Shown here: positions 1 through 6,880 of the stretch, piece by piece
Layout: each line of letters opens with the position of its first letter
How positions within the stretch are numbered: the stretch's first letter is position 1
DNA from: a virus
Taxonomy: Duplodnaviria; Caudoviricetes
IMG/VR virus record: IMGVR_UViG_3300030372_002415
Span: 1-27,805 of that record
Strand: one strand, 5' to 3'
Length of the DNA stretch: 27,805 nt
Made by a program: the position numbers and the translations under genes
Notes under the pieces: model-generated
What the model was told of the DNA's origin: nothing
The model's input: the letters and a program-made list of their open reading frames with translations, nothing else
Databases searched by the model: none

Positions 1-130
1 GGGAAACTGAACCGCCTTCACAGTCCCCAAACGGGGTTTTGCACTTCCCAGTTTTTTTCCCTGATGACTCAAGCCACATCAATCACCAGCCGATCAAAGG
101 CTGGGCAACTGCCCGAATGGAGGAACAATC

Positions 131-565
131 ATGTTCAATCTGCTTTCAATCATTGTGGGGCTGTGTGGCCCCGTCAACCCGCCGTTTGAAATGTCCAAGC
201 TGGAACGCGCCATCTGGGCTGTGGAATCATCCTGCCACCCTGGTGGGGTTGCCATCTTCTCAGATAAAGGTTTCACCGCTGGCCCATATTGCATTAGCAA
301 AGGCGCAATGCTGGATTCAGGGGTGCCAGGCAAATGGCCTGATGCTGTGTTTGATCTGCAAACATCAGTGGATGTGTTCAGGGGATTCCAAGCCAGATAC
401 AACAAACCCCACAGGTTGCCCGCTGGCACCTCATACAACTACGCGGCTGCCCTGATGTGGAATGGTGGCCCCAAAGCCCTGCAAGCCCCTCCAGGCTCCC
501 GCAAATGGAAACGGCTGCAACAGTATTGGGTCAAGTTTGAAATAGAGTTTGCCAAACTGCCCTGA
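131..565 (+). CDS. Lysozyme-like / lytic transglycosylase (putative endolysin) with N-terminal hydrophobic signal
   Basis: AIWAVESS (catalytic-Glu-like), GPYCIS and WNGGP motifs of the lysozyme-like superfamily; GGAGG RBS upstream; hydrophobic N-terminus MFNLLSIIVGLC. Confidence 0.7.
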   Translation: MFNLLSIIVGLCGPVNPPFEMSKLERAIWAVESSCHPGGVAIFSDKGFTAGPYCISKGAMLDSGVPGKWPDAVFDLQTSVDVFRGFQARYNKPHRLPAGTSYNYAAALMWNGGPKALQAPPGSRKWKRLQQYWVKFEIEFAKLP

Positions 566-592
566 CAGCCCACCGGCCCATCAAACTCCACC

Positions 593-626
593 AAAGCCCC
601 TGCTGATGATTCAGTGGGGGTTTTTT
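593..626 (+). terminator. Intrinsic terminator after the lysozyme-like gene
   Basis: CCCCTGCTGA-TGAT-TCAGTGGGGG stem-loop (two G-U pairs) followed by TTTTTT. Confidence 0.75.
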
Positions 627-720
627 GATGCCCTGAAAAAAAATGTGCAATTTTATTGATTAGGCTCAACATTTCCGGCCAGATGGCAGATACAGTTGGG
701 GCAAGGCAATAACGCCTGAT

Positions 721-736
721 GAGGAAATCAAAAATG
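721..736 (+). repeat. 16-bp RBS/start repeat, copy 1 (GAGGAAATCAAAAATG)
   Basis: Identical to 1202-1217; each copy ends in a start codon. Confidence 0.9.
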
Positions 737-1159
737 CAAATCATGACAAACATTATTGAGAACACCGCTGGGTCAACGTGGGGGGTCAAACTGGTCAGCA
801 AAGATTACAAATCAATTGTGATCCAACGCCATATTGAGTTTTCAACAAAACGCGGGGTTGAATTCACCATTGAACCATGTGCTGATCGGTTGTGCTTGAA
901 GAAACACACCAGAGGAATTTCATGGAGGTCATTGCACACCCGATCTGGCTGGAGTGTTGAACTAATGGGCAATGTTGATGAAATCAAACAATGGTTTGCT
1001 GAACATCCAAGAAGTTTCACCGCCGATGACCTCAACCAAATCAACAAACATTTGCATGGTAGAGAACTCTACTTTGAAGGACGTTTGGATGATCCATTTG
1101 ACGCTTTTGAGAATATGGCTGACCGTCAAGAATCCAGAAATGGCAATGATTACTGCTGA
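734..1159 (+). CDS. Hypothetical accessory protein
   Basis: ORF 719..1159; start moved to ATG 734 after the GAGG RBS. Confidence 0.75.
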   Translation: MQIMTNIIENTAGSTWGVKLVSKDYKSIVIQRHIEFSTKRGVEFTIEPCADRLCLKKHTRGISWRSLHTRSGWSVELMGNVDEIKQWFAEHPRSFTADDLNQINKHLHGRELYFEGRLDDPFDAFENMADRQESRNGNDYC

Positions 1160-1170
1160 ACACAAACCAT

Positions 1171-1192
1171 GGGGGTGCCTTCGGGCACCCTC
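1171..1192 (+). promoter_or_regulatory. Intergenic cUUCGg hairpin without a U-tract
   Basis: GGGGGTGCC-TTCG-GGCACCCTC. Confidence 0.6.
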
Positions 1193-1201
1193 TCATCCAA
1201 A

Positions 1202-1217
1202 GAGGAAATCAAAAATG
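1202..1217 (+). repeat. 16-bp RBS/start repeat, copy 2
   Basis: Identical to 721-736. Confidence 0.9.
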
Positions 1218-1472
1218 AATCTCAAACCAATCAACAAAAACAAAATCAGCCGCCTGTTGCGGGAAAAAAACATTGTGATGCGTGATGCCAAACGCGCCTT
1301 GAATCAAGCCAAAATCTGGCGTGGCCATGAGCGTATTGCCAGCACACAAATCTTTGTGGAAATGTATGCCGCCAAAGCTGTGAAATGTGAAACCAAAGCC
1401 AACCGTTTGTTTGGCAAGGTTGACAAAATCATGGGCAAGGTGCATGAACTTGTATTGGAGGAAACCAAATGA
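1215..1472 (+). CDS. Hypothetical basic helical protein
   Basis: 3' part of ORF 972..1472; start at ATG 1215 after the repeated RBS; ATGA overlap with the next gene. Confidence 0.75.
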   Translation: MNLKPINKNKISRLLREKNIVMRDAKRALNQAKIWRGHERIASTQIFVEMYAAKAVKCETKANRLFGKVDKIMGKVHELVLEETK

Positions 1473-1684
1473 CCGGAAACAACACATTCCCAGAATTCAA
1501 CCGTTTGGACGTTGATGACATTTTCAATGTCCTGCAAGATTGCATTCAGGCTGCATGTTCTCACCATGTGCATGAACGTGCAGATTCTGATGACCGCTAC
1601 TATTTGAACAAATTTCTCCATTGGGCGCTCAGCACTGGGCATGACGTTCCGTGCGTTGGGTTTGATGAACCGGAGGAGGATTGA
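1469..1684 (+). CDS. Hypothetical acidic protein
   Basis: GGAGG RBS, ATGA coupling, 71 aa. Confidence 0.7.
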   Translation: MTGNNTFPEFNRLDVDDIFNVLQDCIQAACSHHVHERADSDDRYYLNKFLHWALSTGHDVPCVGFDEPEED

Positions 1685-1685
1685 A

Positions 1686-2042
1686 ATGAACCTCAGACAA
1701 ATCAAAGCCATCCGCAAATTGTTCTTGGCCTACGGTCAACCTGGAACTGTGGACATCTTGCCTTGGCACTACACCACCCGTTCAGGGGAAAAATTGCCAG
1801 TCTCATCTTTGCCCACCAATCACGCTCCACACTATATCCCGCCACAGTGGACCAACCTCAAAACAGTGTCAGAGGTTAAATCACTTCCGGTTTCCACCGG
1901 ATACATCTACCGCGTCAAAGTCCGCACCCCTGACACATCAGGCTGGCACGGAATCCATTGGGTCAAATGTGTTGACCTGACCGACCTGAAAAACCCAAAG
2001 TTTGCAATCCATAAGGAGGAATCAGCAAATGCACCCGCTTGA
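1686..2042 (+). CDS. Hypothetical protein
   Basis: ORF 1641..2042; start at ATG 1686 after GGAGGA. Confidence 0.7.
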   Translation: MNLRQIKAIRKLFLAYGQPGTVDILPWHYTTRSGEKLPVSSLPTNHAPHYIPPQWTNLKTVSEVKSLPVSTGYIYRVKVRTPDTSGWHGIHWVKCVDLTDLKNPKFAIHKEESANAPA

Positions 2043-2379
2043 AGAAACACACACATACCGTTGGGTTGGTGAAACCCTTGAATCAATCTTTGGCAAAGAT
2101 GGCCGCATAACCGGATTTGCGCCGGTCAGAGACTCCGCCAACATCCACCGCACCTGGCAAGGATATGTGGTGGAGCTTGGGCAAGCTGGGGTGATGAACG
2201 GCCCAGCCCTCTTCAAAATCACCACCAGGCATGACAGCGGCACAACCACGTTTGAATTCATGGGGAATGATGTGAACATCTACACATCAGATTACCTGCC
2301 TGAACGTGAAGGCCTGGCAGAACTGAAACACCAAACAGCCCGTGGTGTTCTTGAACTTCTGGAACCTTGGGTGGCCTGA
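2029..2379 (+). CDS. Hypothetical protein
   Basis: ORF 2002..2379; start at ATG 2029 after AAGGAGG. Confidence 0.7.
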   Translation: MHPLEETHTYRWVGETLESIFGKDGRITGFAPVRDSANIHRTWQGYVVELGQAGVMNGPALFKITTRHDSGTTTFEFMGNDVNIYTSDYLPEREGLAELKHQTARGVLELLEPWVA

Positions 2380-2380
2380 A

Positions 2381-2956
2381 ATGAAGTATGGAATCTTTGA
2401 CGTTCCCGGAACATCCACCAGCAAATCCAGCAAATGCTGGCGCGGAATTCTTGAGCGTTGCCATTGTGAACAGAAACAAAAATCACACCCAACCTATGTT
2501 GGATGCACCGTCTGTGATGAATGGCACACGTTCAGCAACTTCAAACGCTGGTATGACAAACACTTCATTCCTGGAACACAAGTAGACAAAGATATTGGAT
2601 GGGGGATACGCAAACATTATTCCCCAACCACCTGCATGTTTGTTTCTGAATGGTTGAACAACTTGTTCAAAGACAAACCACCAGAAACCCGCAAAGGTAA
2701 TAACAAAGGGTTGCCCCGTGGTGTTGACTTTCATCAGGGAAAATTCAGGGCAAAGATGTTCAACAAACAACTTGGAAAGTTTGAACATTCAATTGATGCT
2801 TGGTTCTGTTATCAAAAACACAGAAACCAATACCTGTTTGATTTGGCAGGAATCATAAAGGCTGATCCCCACAACCCCAAATACCTTTGCTCTCACAAAA
2901 ACAGGTTGATACGTTTTTTGGAACAGCATGAACCTTTTTGTGTCATGATCCGATGA
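2381..2956 (+). CDS. Free-standing HNH-type homing endonuclease with AP2-like C-terminal DNA-binding domain
   Basis: PTYVGCTVCDEWHTFSNFKRW..VDKDI..YSPTTCMFV..N nuclease motif; GLPRGV..GKFRA..LGKF..DAW AP2-like motif. Confidence 0.8.
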   Translation: MKYGIFDVPGTSTSKSSKCWRGILERCHCEQKQKSHPTYVGCTVCDEWHTFSNFKRWYDKHFIPGTQVDKDIGWGIRKHYSPTTCMFVSEWLNNLFKDKPPETRKGNNKGLPRGVDFHQGKFRAKMFNKQLGKFEHSIDAWFCYQKHRNQYLFDLAGIIKADPHNPKYLCSHKNRLIRFLEQHEPFCVMIR

Positions 2957-2991
2957 ACTCAAACCGTGATGGCAGACTGTTCACCTGCCAC

Positions 2992-3017
2992 AGCCTCAGC
3001 CAACGCTGGGGTTTTTT
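2992..3017 (+). terminator. Intrinsic terminator at the convergence of the plus and minus gene blocks
   Basis: GCCTCAGC-CAAC-GCTGGGGT stem followed by a T run; the minus-strand gene stops at 3016. Confidence 0.7.
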
Positions 3018-3480
3018 ATTTGCGCTTGCGGCTGGGCCTCAACAACAGGGCTGCTGCCAGTGGTGTTGCCACTCCTGTGTCTGGCAGAATCAATGGCTCG
3101 GCCTCATCCCACTCATCAAATCCGAAAACATAGTTGGAATCCACTTGGCCTAATGTGGGCAACAGTGGTGGAACGTATTCCAGGAGTGTGCCTCTATGTC
3201 CACTGAATTCATCTTGGGTGTGTTGCTTTTCATGACCAGCATTTGCTGTTTGGGTTGCAGTGTTGGGTTTTGGCTGCTGTTCAGCTGCTGCAAATGTGTC
3301 AACTGCCCCAAGGATTGCAACTGCCCGTTCAAACGCTTCCTGGCCAATAAGTGTCCCAAGAATTGCAACCAGGATTGCCATACGCTGTGAATGGCTTTGC
3401 AGCCGCTTCACCTCCTGTTTGCATTCAGCACCCGCTTTTTGTTCCTGGGCTGCCCGCCGTTCACAAATCGGGCAGGTCAC
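3016..3480 (-). CDS. Membrane protein with PEP-CTERM/LPxTG-like C-terminal sorting signal
   Basis: N-terminal CPIC plus coiled coil, hydrophobic MAILVAILGTLIG, C-terminus ILPDTGVATPLAAALLLRPSRKRK. Confidence 0.6.
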   Translation of the reverse strand: MTCPICERRAAQEQKAGAECKQEVKRLQSHSQRMAILVAILGTLIGQEAFERAVAILGAVDTFAAAEQQPKPNTATQTANAGHEKQHTQDEFSGHRGTLLEYVPPLLPTLGQVDSNYVFGFDEWDEAEPLILPDTGVATPLAAALLLRPSRKRK

Positions 3481-4514
3481 TGACAGTCACCCCATTCTGA
3501 CAACACCTTGATGATTGCATTGAACCCGTTGTTGGTTTGTGGGTGGTACTTATACGCCGCCACATCACCCAGCACCTGCAACAAATCCTGAAACCCAACC
3601 ATGCCATCTTCATTCAGGTCTGATGGGCAGCTGTTGTCTAGGTAATAACCCACAGAATAATATGACGGCTCACATGGGTGCCCGTTGCCACATGCCCACC
3701 GCACAACACCACCCGATGCAAAATAGTCTGGGCCTGTAAACCTGGCAATGTGGAATGATCCTGGGTGCAGCTCACTCTCCCAGTCAACATCTGCATCCCA
3801 ACGGATCAAATCACCGTAGTCATTTTGTGATGGTGATGAACAGCATTGTTCACCCACAATGTCATCACGGTGTGGCCAAAACTTCAAAACTCGGTTCAAT
3901 GACCAGTGGGGGGTCATCAAGTCTTTGTGCTGCTGCTGCACCAGCGGGTATTTGTATTGGGGGCTTGGGACACCGTATTTTTTCCCCAGTGGTCCGTGCA
4001 AAATCCATGAATCACACCATGCGTAATCCAAATCCACCAAATCCCCTTGGTTTGGGCAACAACTCACCACTTCCCAGTTGACTGGCGTGAACTTTGCGCC
4101 CAAATACATCCAACGCTGGTATGGGTTGGATTGGATGCAATCCCAATATGCTCCAGGGCTAGGGCACTCAATCCCAGTGTCATCTTCCCAGTAATCAATG
4201 CACTCTTGGCAGTTGTCCAAAAATGGGTAGGTGTTGTCATTGTGGTTTTTGAAAATGTCACCCTCAATAGCCCAACCAAATGACCGTGTTGGTGACTCAT
4301 TCAACCTGGTGGAACCAATCATATATGGCCGCCTGGGTTCACCATTCGGGTAGCTGAAATCAGGATCAAACCCAGACTGGATGTAAACGTCAAACGTCCT
4401 GCCAAACGGTGTCAGTCTGCCCAGGTCATCAATCCACATAGCCACCGCATTGGGGTCTGTGGGTTTTCCGCCGTCAGTGTTCAGGGCCAGGGCCAGTAGT
4501 GTTTCTAGGATCAT
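3477..4514 (-). CDS. Putative secreted Cys-rich protein with C-terminal dockerin-like (EF-hand) domain
   Basis: Start MILETLLALAL (ATG 4514); C-terminus CPSDLNEDGMVGFQDLLQVLG...GFNAIIKVLSEWGDC. Confidence 0.7.
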   Translation of the reverse strand: MILETLLALALNTDGGKPTDPNAVAMWIDDLGRLTPFGRTFDVYIQSGFDPDFSYPNGEPRRPYMIGSTRLNESPTRSFGWAIEGDIFKNHNDNTYPFLDNCQECIDYWEDDTGIECPSPGAYWDCIQSNPYQRWMYLGAKFTPVNWEVVSCCPNQGDLVDLDYAWCDSWILHGPLGKKYGVPSPQYKYPLVQQQHKDLMTPHWSLNRVLKFWPHRDDIVGEQCCSSPSQNDYGDLIRWDADVDWESELHPGSFHIARFTGPDYFASGGVVRWACGNGHPCEPSYYSVGYYLDNSCPSDLNEDGMVGFQDLLQVLGDVAAYKYHPQTNNGFNAIIKVLSEWGDCQ

Positions 4515-4869
4515 TGTGCCGCACCTCATATGTGTTCCGTCTAATCAATTCGGAACCCATGCTGGCACGCTCAATAGGCTGGCGCTCACTGGCTGTTTTG
4601 GTGGCATGGCATGGGACGCAAATGCCTTGCAGGTTGTCATAGGAATCATCCCCGCCTTGGGCCAGCGGTTTGATGTGGTCCACCTGGGCTGATGCTGCCC
4701 GCCCACAAACCTTGCAGACAGGATCTCTGGCCAGAATCTGGGCACGTTGCTTCATCCAGCGCCGCCCCCTGTTTGCCCTGGTGGAACGGTCCTGCCTGGG
4801 GTCTGGTCCACGGTCACGCTTGCCCAGCGGAACCAGCCTGCCATCCCCTGTCACCTTGCGGATTGTCAT
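4474..4869 (-). CDS. HNH endonuclease, terminase-associated (HK97 gp74-like) type
   Basis: RAQILARDPVCKVC..VDHIKPLAQGG..NLQGICVPCHATKT; start at ATG 4869 with ATGA overlap. Confidence 0.9.
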   Translation of the reverse strand: MTIRKVTGDGRLVPLGKRDRGPDPRQDRSTRANRGRRWMKQRAQILARDPVCKVCGRAASAQVDHIKPLAQGGDDSYDNLQGICVPCHATKTASERQPIERASMGSELIRRNTYEVRHNDPRNTTGPGPEH

Positions 4870-4961
4870 TTGTTCAGCCGATTCAAAACCCGTTGTTTGT
4901 GAACCATGCCCATGATGAAGCCAACAACAAAACAACCAACGCAGATAGAAATTTCAATCAT
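4866..4961 (-). CDS. 31-aa single-pass membrane peptide
   Basis: MIEISICVGCFVVGFIMGMVHKQRVLNRLNK; ATGA overlaps at both ends and fills the gap exactly. Confidence 0.6.
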   Translation of the reverse strand: MIEISICVGCFVVGFIMGMVHKQRVLNRLNK

Positions 4962-5338
4962 TTTGATACCCCTTGCCCATGCCGCTGGCGTTCCCAGCTT
5001 CGGGCCAGATAAAAAACCAACATGCCGCCACCAACAACCACTGTGGCTATTGATACCGGAACCAACAAACTGTGTTCCAACGCTAGGAAAATCGGCGGCA
5101 CCAGGCTGATGATAATTCCTACCACCAACGCCCGCCGTCCTGATGGGCCCGGAAACCAAATCATGGCCACAATCCCTGCCAGTATTGCCAGCCCCCCCGA
5201 TAGGCTCAACGGGAACAGGCTCCAGGCAACATGATTCTGTGAATGGGGTGCTTCCGGCATTGCCTTGGCCACCCCTGATGCCAAAGGGTTTTGGGCACTC
5301 TTGCACCCCAACAGAAACAGCAAACACAGCCAACGCAT
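4958..5338 (-). CDS. Putative lipoprotein with about three transmembrane segments (lysis/spanin-like?)
   Basis: MRWLCLLFLLGC lipobox-like signal; three hydrophobic stretches. Confidence 0.6.
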   Translation of the reverse strand: MRWLCLLFLLGCKSAQNPLASGVAKAMPEAPHSQNHVAWSLFPLSLSGGLAILAGIVAMIWFPGPSGRRALVVGIIISLVPPIFLALEHSLLVPVSIATVVVGGGMLVFYLARSWERQRHGQGVSK

Positions 5339-5565
5339 CAGCGTCCCCGCAGGTCACGTTCCATTTGGTCAATCTTGCCTTCAAGCCTATTGATCCGCTC
5401 ACCTTGCAGCTGTTGTGAAACACTGATTTCAGACAGCATGCGGTCATGCCTTGAATACGCTGCAAAGAACGCACCCATGATGGTCACTGCCACGGCCAAC
5501 AATCCAACCCAATCACGGCTGGCCAGTTGTACGGTTTCAGGCTGTGGGGTTTGGTCTTTGTTCAT
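5338..5565 (-). CDS. Single-TM coiled-coil protein (holin-like)
   Basis: WVGLLAVAVTIMGAFFAAY followed by RINRLEGKIDQME coiled coil. Confidence 0.55.
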   Translation of the reverse strand: MNKDQTPQPETVQLASRDWVGLLAVAVTIMGAFFAAYSRHDRMLSEISVSQQLQGERINRLEGKIDQMERDLRGR

Positions 5566-5963
5566 TTGAATGTGTCAACGTAGGTTTGCAATGATTTCAT
5601 GGCCCGCAAGATTGTTGGAATCACAACATCCTGCACCTGTGGTTGTTCGGTCCTGTTCGGGCTGATGTAGCCCAGGTCAGCGTCTGTGTGATATGTCCTG
5701 CCATAGTCTTTGGTACGCCTGATCTTTTTGCCCAGGCTCCGTTGGTATATGTCAGGCAACCGCCGATTGAAAACCAGTTTGGCCAGACCGCGCCAACGCT
5801 CATGCAAATTGTTTTTGTGCTTCATCAGGATTTCATCATGCCACAACAGCCAACATTCAGATTCAACTTCGTCCCTAGTCCACAGCGGAAACTTTTTTTC
5901 TCGGCTCACCTTTGTGGCATACGCCCGCAGGTACGCCAAAACTTCATCAAGCTCAGGGTTCAT
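5562..5963 (-). CDS. Hypothetical protein, possibly a sigma-region-2-like transcription regulator
   Basis: ORF 5562..5972, start uncertain; RDEVESECWLLW weakly resembles sigma region 2. Confidence 0.5.
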   Translation of the reverse strand: MNPELDEVLAYLRAYATKVSREKKFPLWTRDEVESECWLLWHDEILMKHKNNLHERWRGLAKLVFNRRLPDIYQRSLGKKIRRTKDYGRTYHTDADLGYISPNRTEQPQVQDVVIPTILRAMKSLQTYVDTFK

Positions 5964-6327
5964 CAAAATCACCTAATGTGATTTCTGTGGTGTTCAACGT
6001 CCATGATTTGTCTTTTTCACTCCAACCCCAGCCCCAAACCTCCAGCCGCCTGCCTGGAAAACTCAGCCACTGTTTGGCCTCATCAGCCCGCTCTGTCAGG
6101 ATCTTATTTTTGCGGGATGATTTGTTTGATAGTGATGTGGCCTGAACACCCAGGGTTTCATATTGGTTGACAGCCAAGAAATCCAGAAACCCATACAGGT
6201 CACGCTTGATGCCCCTGGTGCCTGGGATGGTTTGTTCAACCAGCGCCACCATGTAGCCTTGGTCCTCCAATGTGGCCCGCGTCAGCGGATTCACTCGGTT
6301 GCAGTTTCTCCGCTTCTTAGCCATCAA
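5953..6327 (-). CDS. PD-(D/E)xK nuclease, Holliday junction resolvase-like
   Basis: LEDQGYMV..RDLYGFLDFLAV..LGVQAT..LEVWGW pattern. Confidence 0.65.
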   Translation of the reverse strand: MMAKKRRNCNRVNPLTRATLEDQGYMVALVEQTIPGTRGIKRDLYGFLDFLAVNQYETLGVQATSLSNKSSRKNKILTERADEAKQWLSFPGRRLEVWGWGWSEKDKSWTLNTTEITLGDFDEP

Positions 6328-6545
6328 TCATCCCCCTCTAACTCATCATCCTCATCATCATCATCATCATCATCAACATCTTCCACCAACGGTTCTTCTG
6401 TGATGGTCCACCTGGACATCAGCAAATCAAACAGGGCCATGGCCAATGCCCCAACCAATTCTGCATGGCTGATGTTCCATTCCTGATCCCACCGCCGAAT
6501 CAGGCTGTGAATCTCTTTTTGCAGCTTGGTTGGTGGGGTTGTCAC
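6324..6545 (-). CDS. Small protein with poly-Asp tail
   Basis: ATGA couplings; tail VEDVDDDDDDDEDDELEGDD. Confidence 0.7.
   Translation of the reverse strand: MTTPPTKLQKEIHSLIRRWDQEWNISHAELVGALAMALFDLLMSRWTITEEPLVEDVDDDDDDDEDDELEGDD
6343..6375. repeat. (TCA)n trinucleotide tract encoding poly-Asp on the minus strand
   Basis: tcatcatcctcatcatcatcatcatcatcatca. Confidence 0.85.
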
Positions 6546-6880
6546 AGGTCACCTATTCGGAACCTTGCCTGTTTGCCCAGCCTGTCAGCCCACCGGAATG
6601 TTTCAATCTGTTCAGATTCTGGCAGCTGCAGAAACGCCAACCAGAACTGGCGGGTTTGCTCTGGGTCAATGTTGAACTTGTGTTGGATTTCTGATTTGGT
6701 CATGCCAATGGCCACCATGCCGCCAATCAGCCTGGGTAAATTCTTGCCGCTTTGGAACCTGCATGGGGCTGTTCTGTTGCCCCGCCATCTGCTGATGCTG
6801 GCAGACATCCCACCAGTCATGGCCAGGTCAGCCACATACATGGCCCAACGGTTTCTGTTGGCTTCACCCACTTGGGGCAT
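6542..6880 (-). CDS. Hypothetical protein, possibly DNA-binding
   Basis: 112-aa ORF tiling between its neighbours; AAGGA RBS. Confidence 0.6.
   Translation of the reverse strand: MPQVGEANRNRWAMYVADLAMTGGMSASISRWRGNRTAPCRFQSGKNLPRLIGGMVAIGMTKSEIQHKFNIDPEQTRQFWLAFLQLPESEQIETFRWADRLGKQARFRIGDL

Noticed and set aside
23-40. CCCC-AAAC-GGGG-TTTT mini-hairpin as a terminator or cos site
   Set aside because: The stem is only 4 bp and lies at the window edge with no upstream context.
972-1214. N-terminal 81 codons of ORF 972..1472
   Set aside because: It overlaps the upstream gene and crosses an intergenic hairpin; the RBS supports a start at 1215.
4866-5474. 202-aa minus-strand ORF
   Set aside because: It overlaps two better-supported membrane genes; only its last 31 codons (4866-4961) appear to be a real gene.
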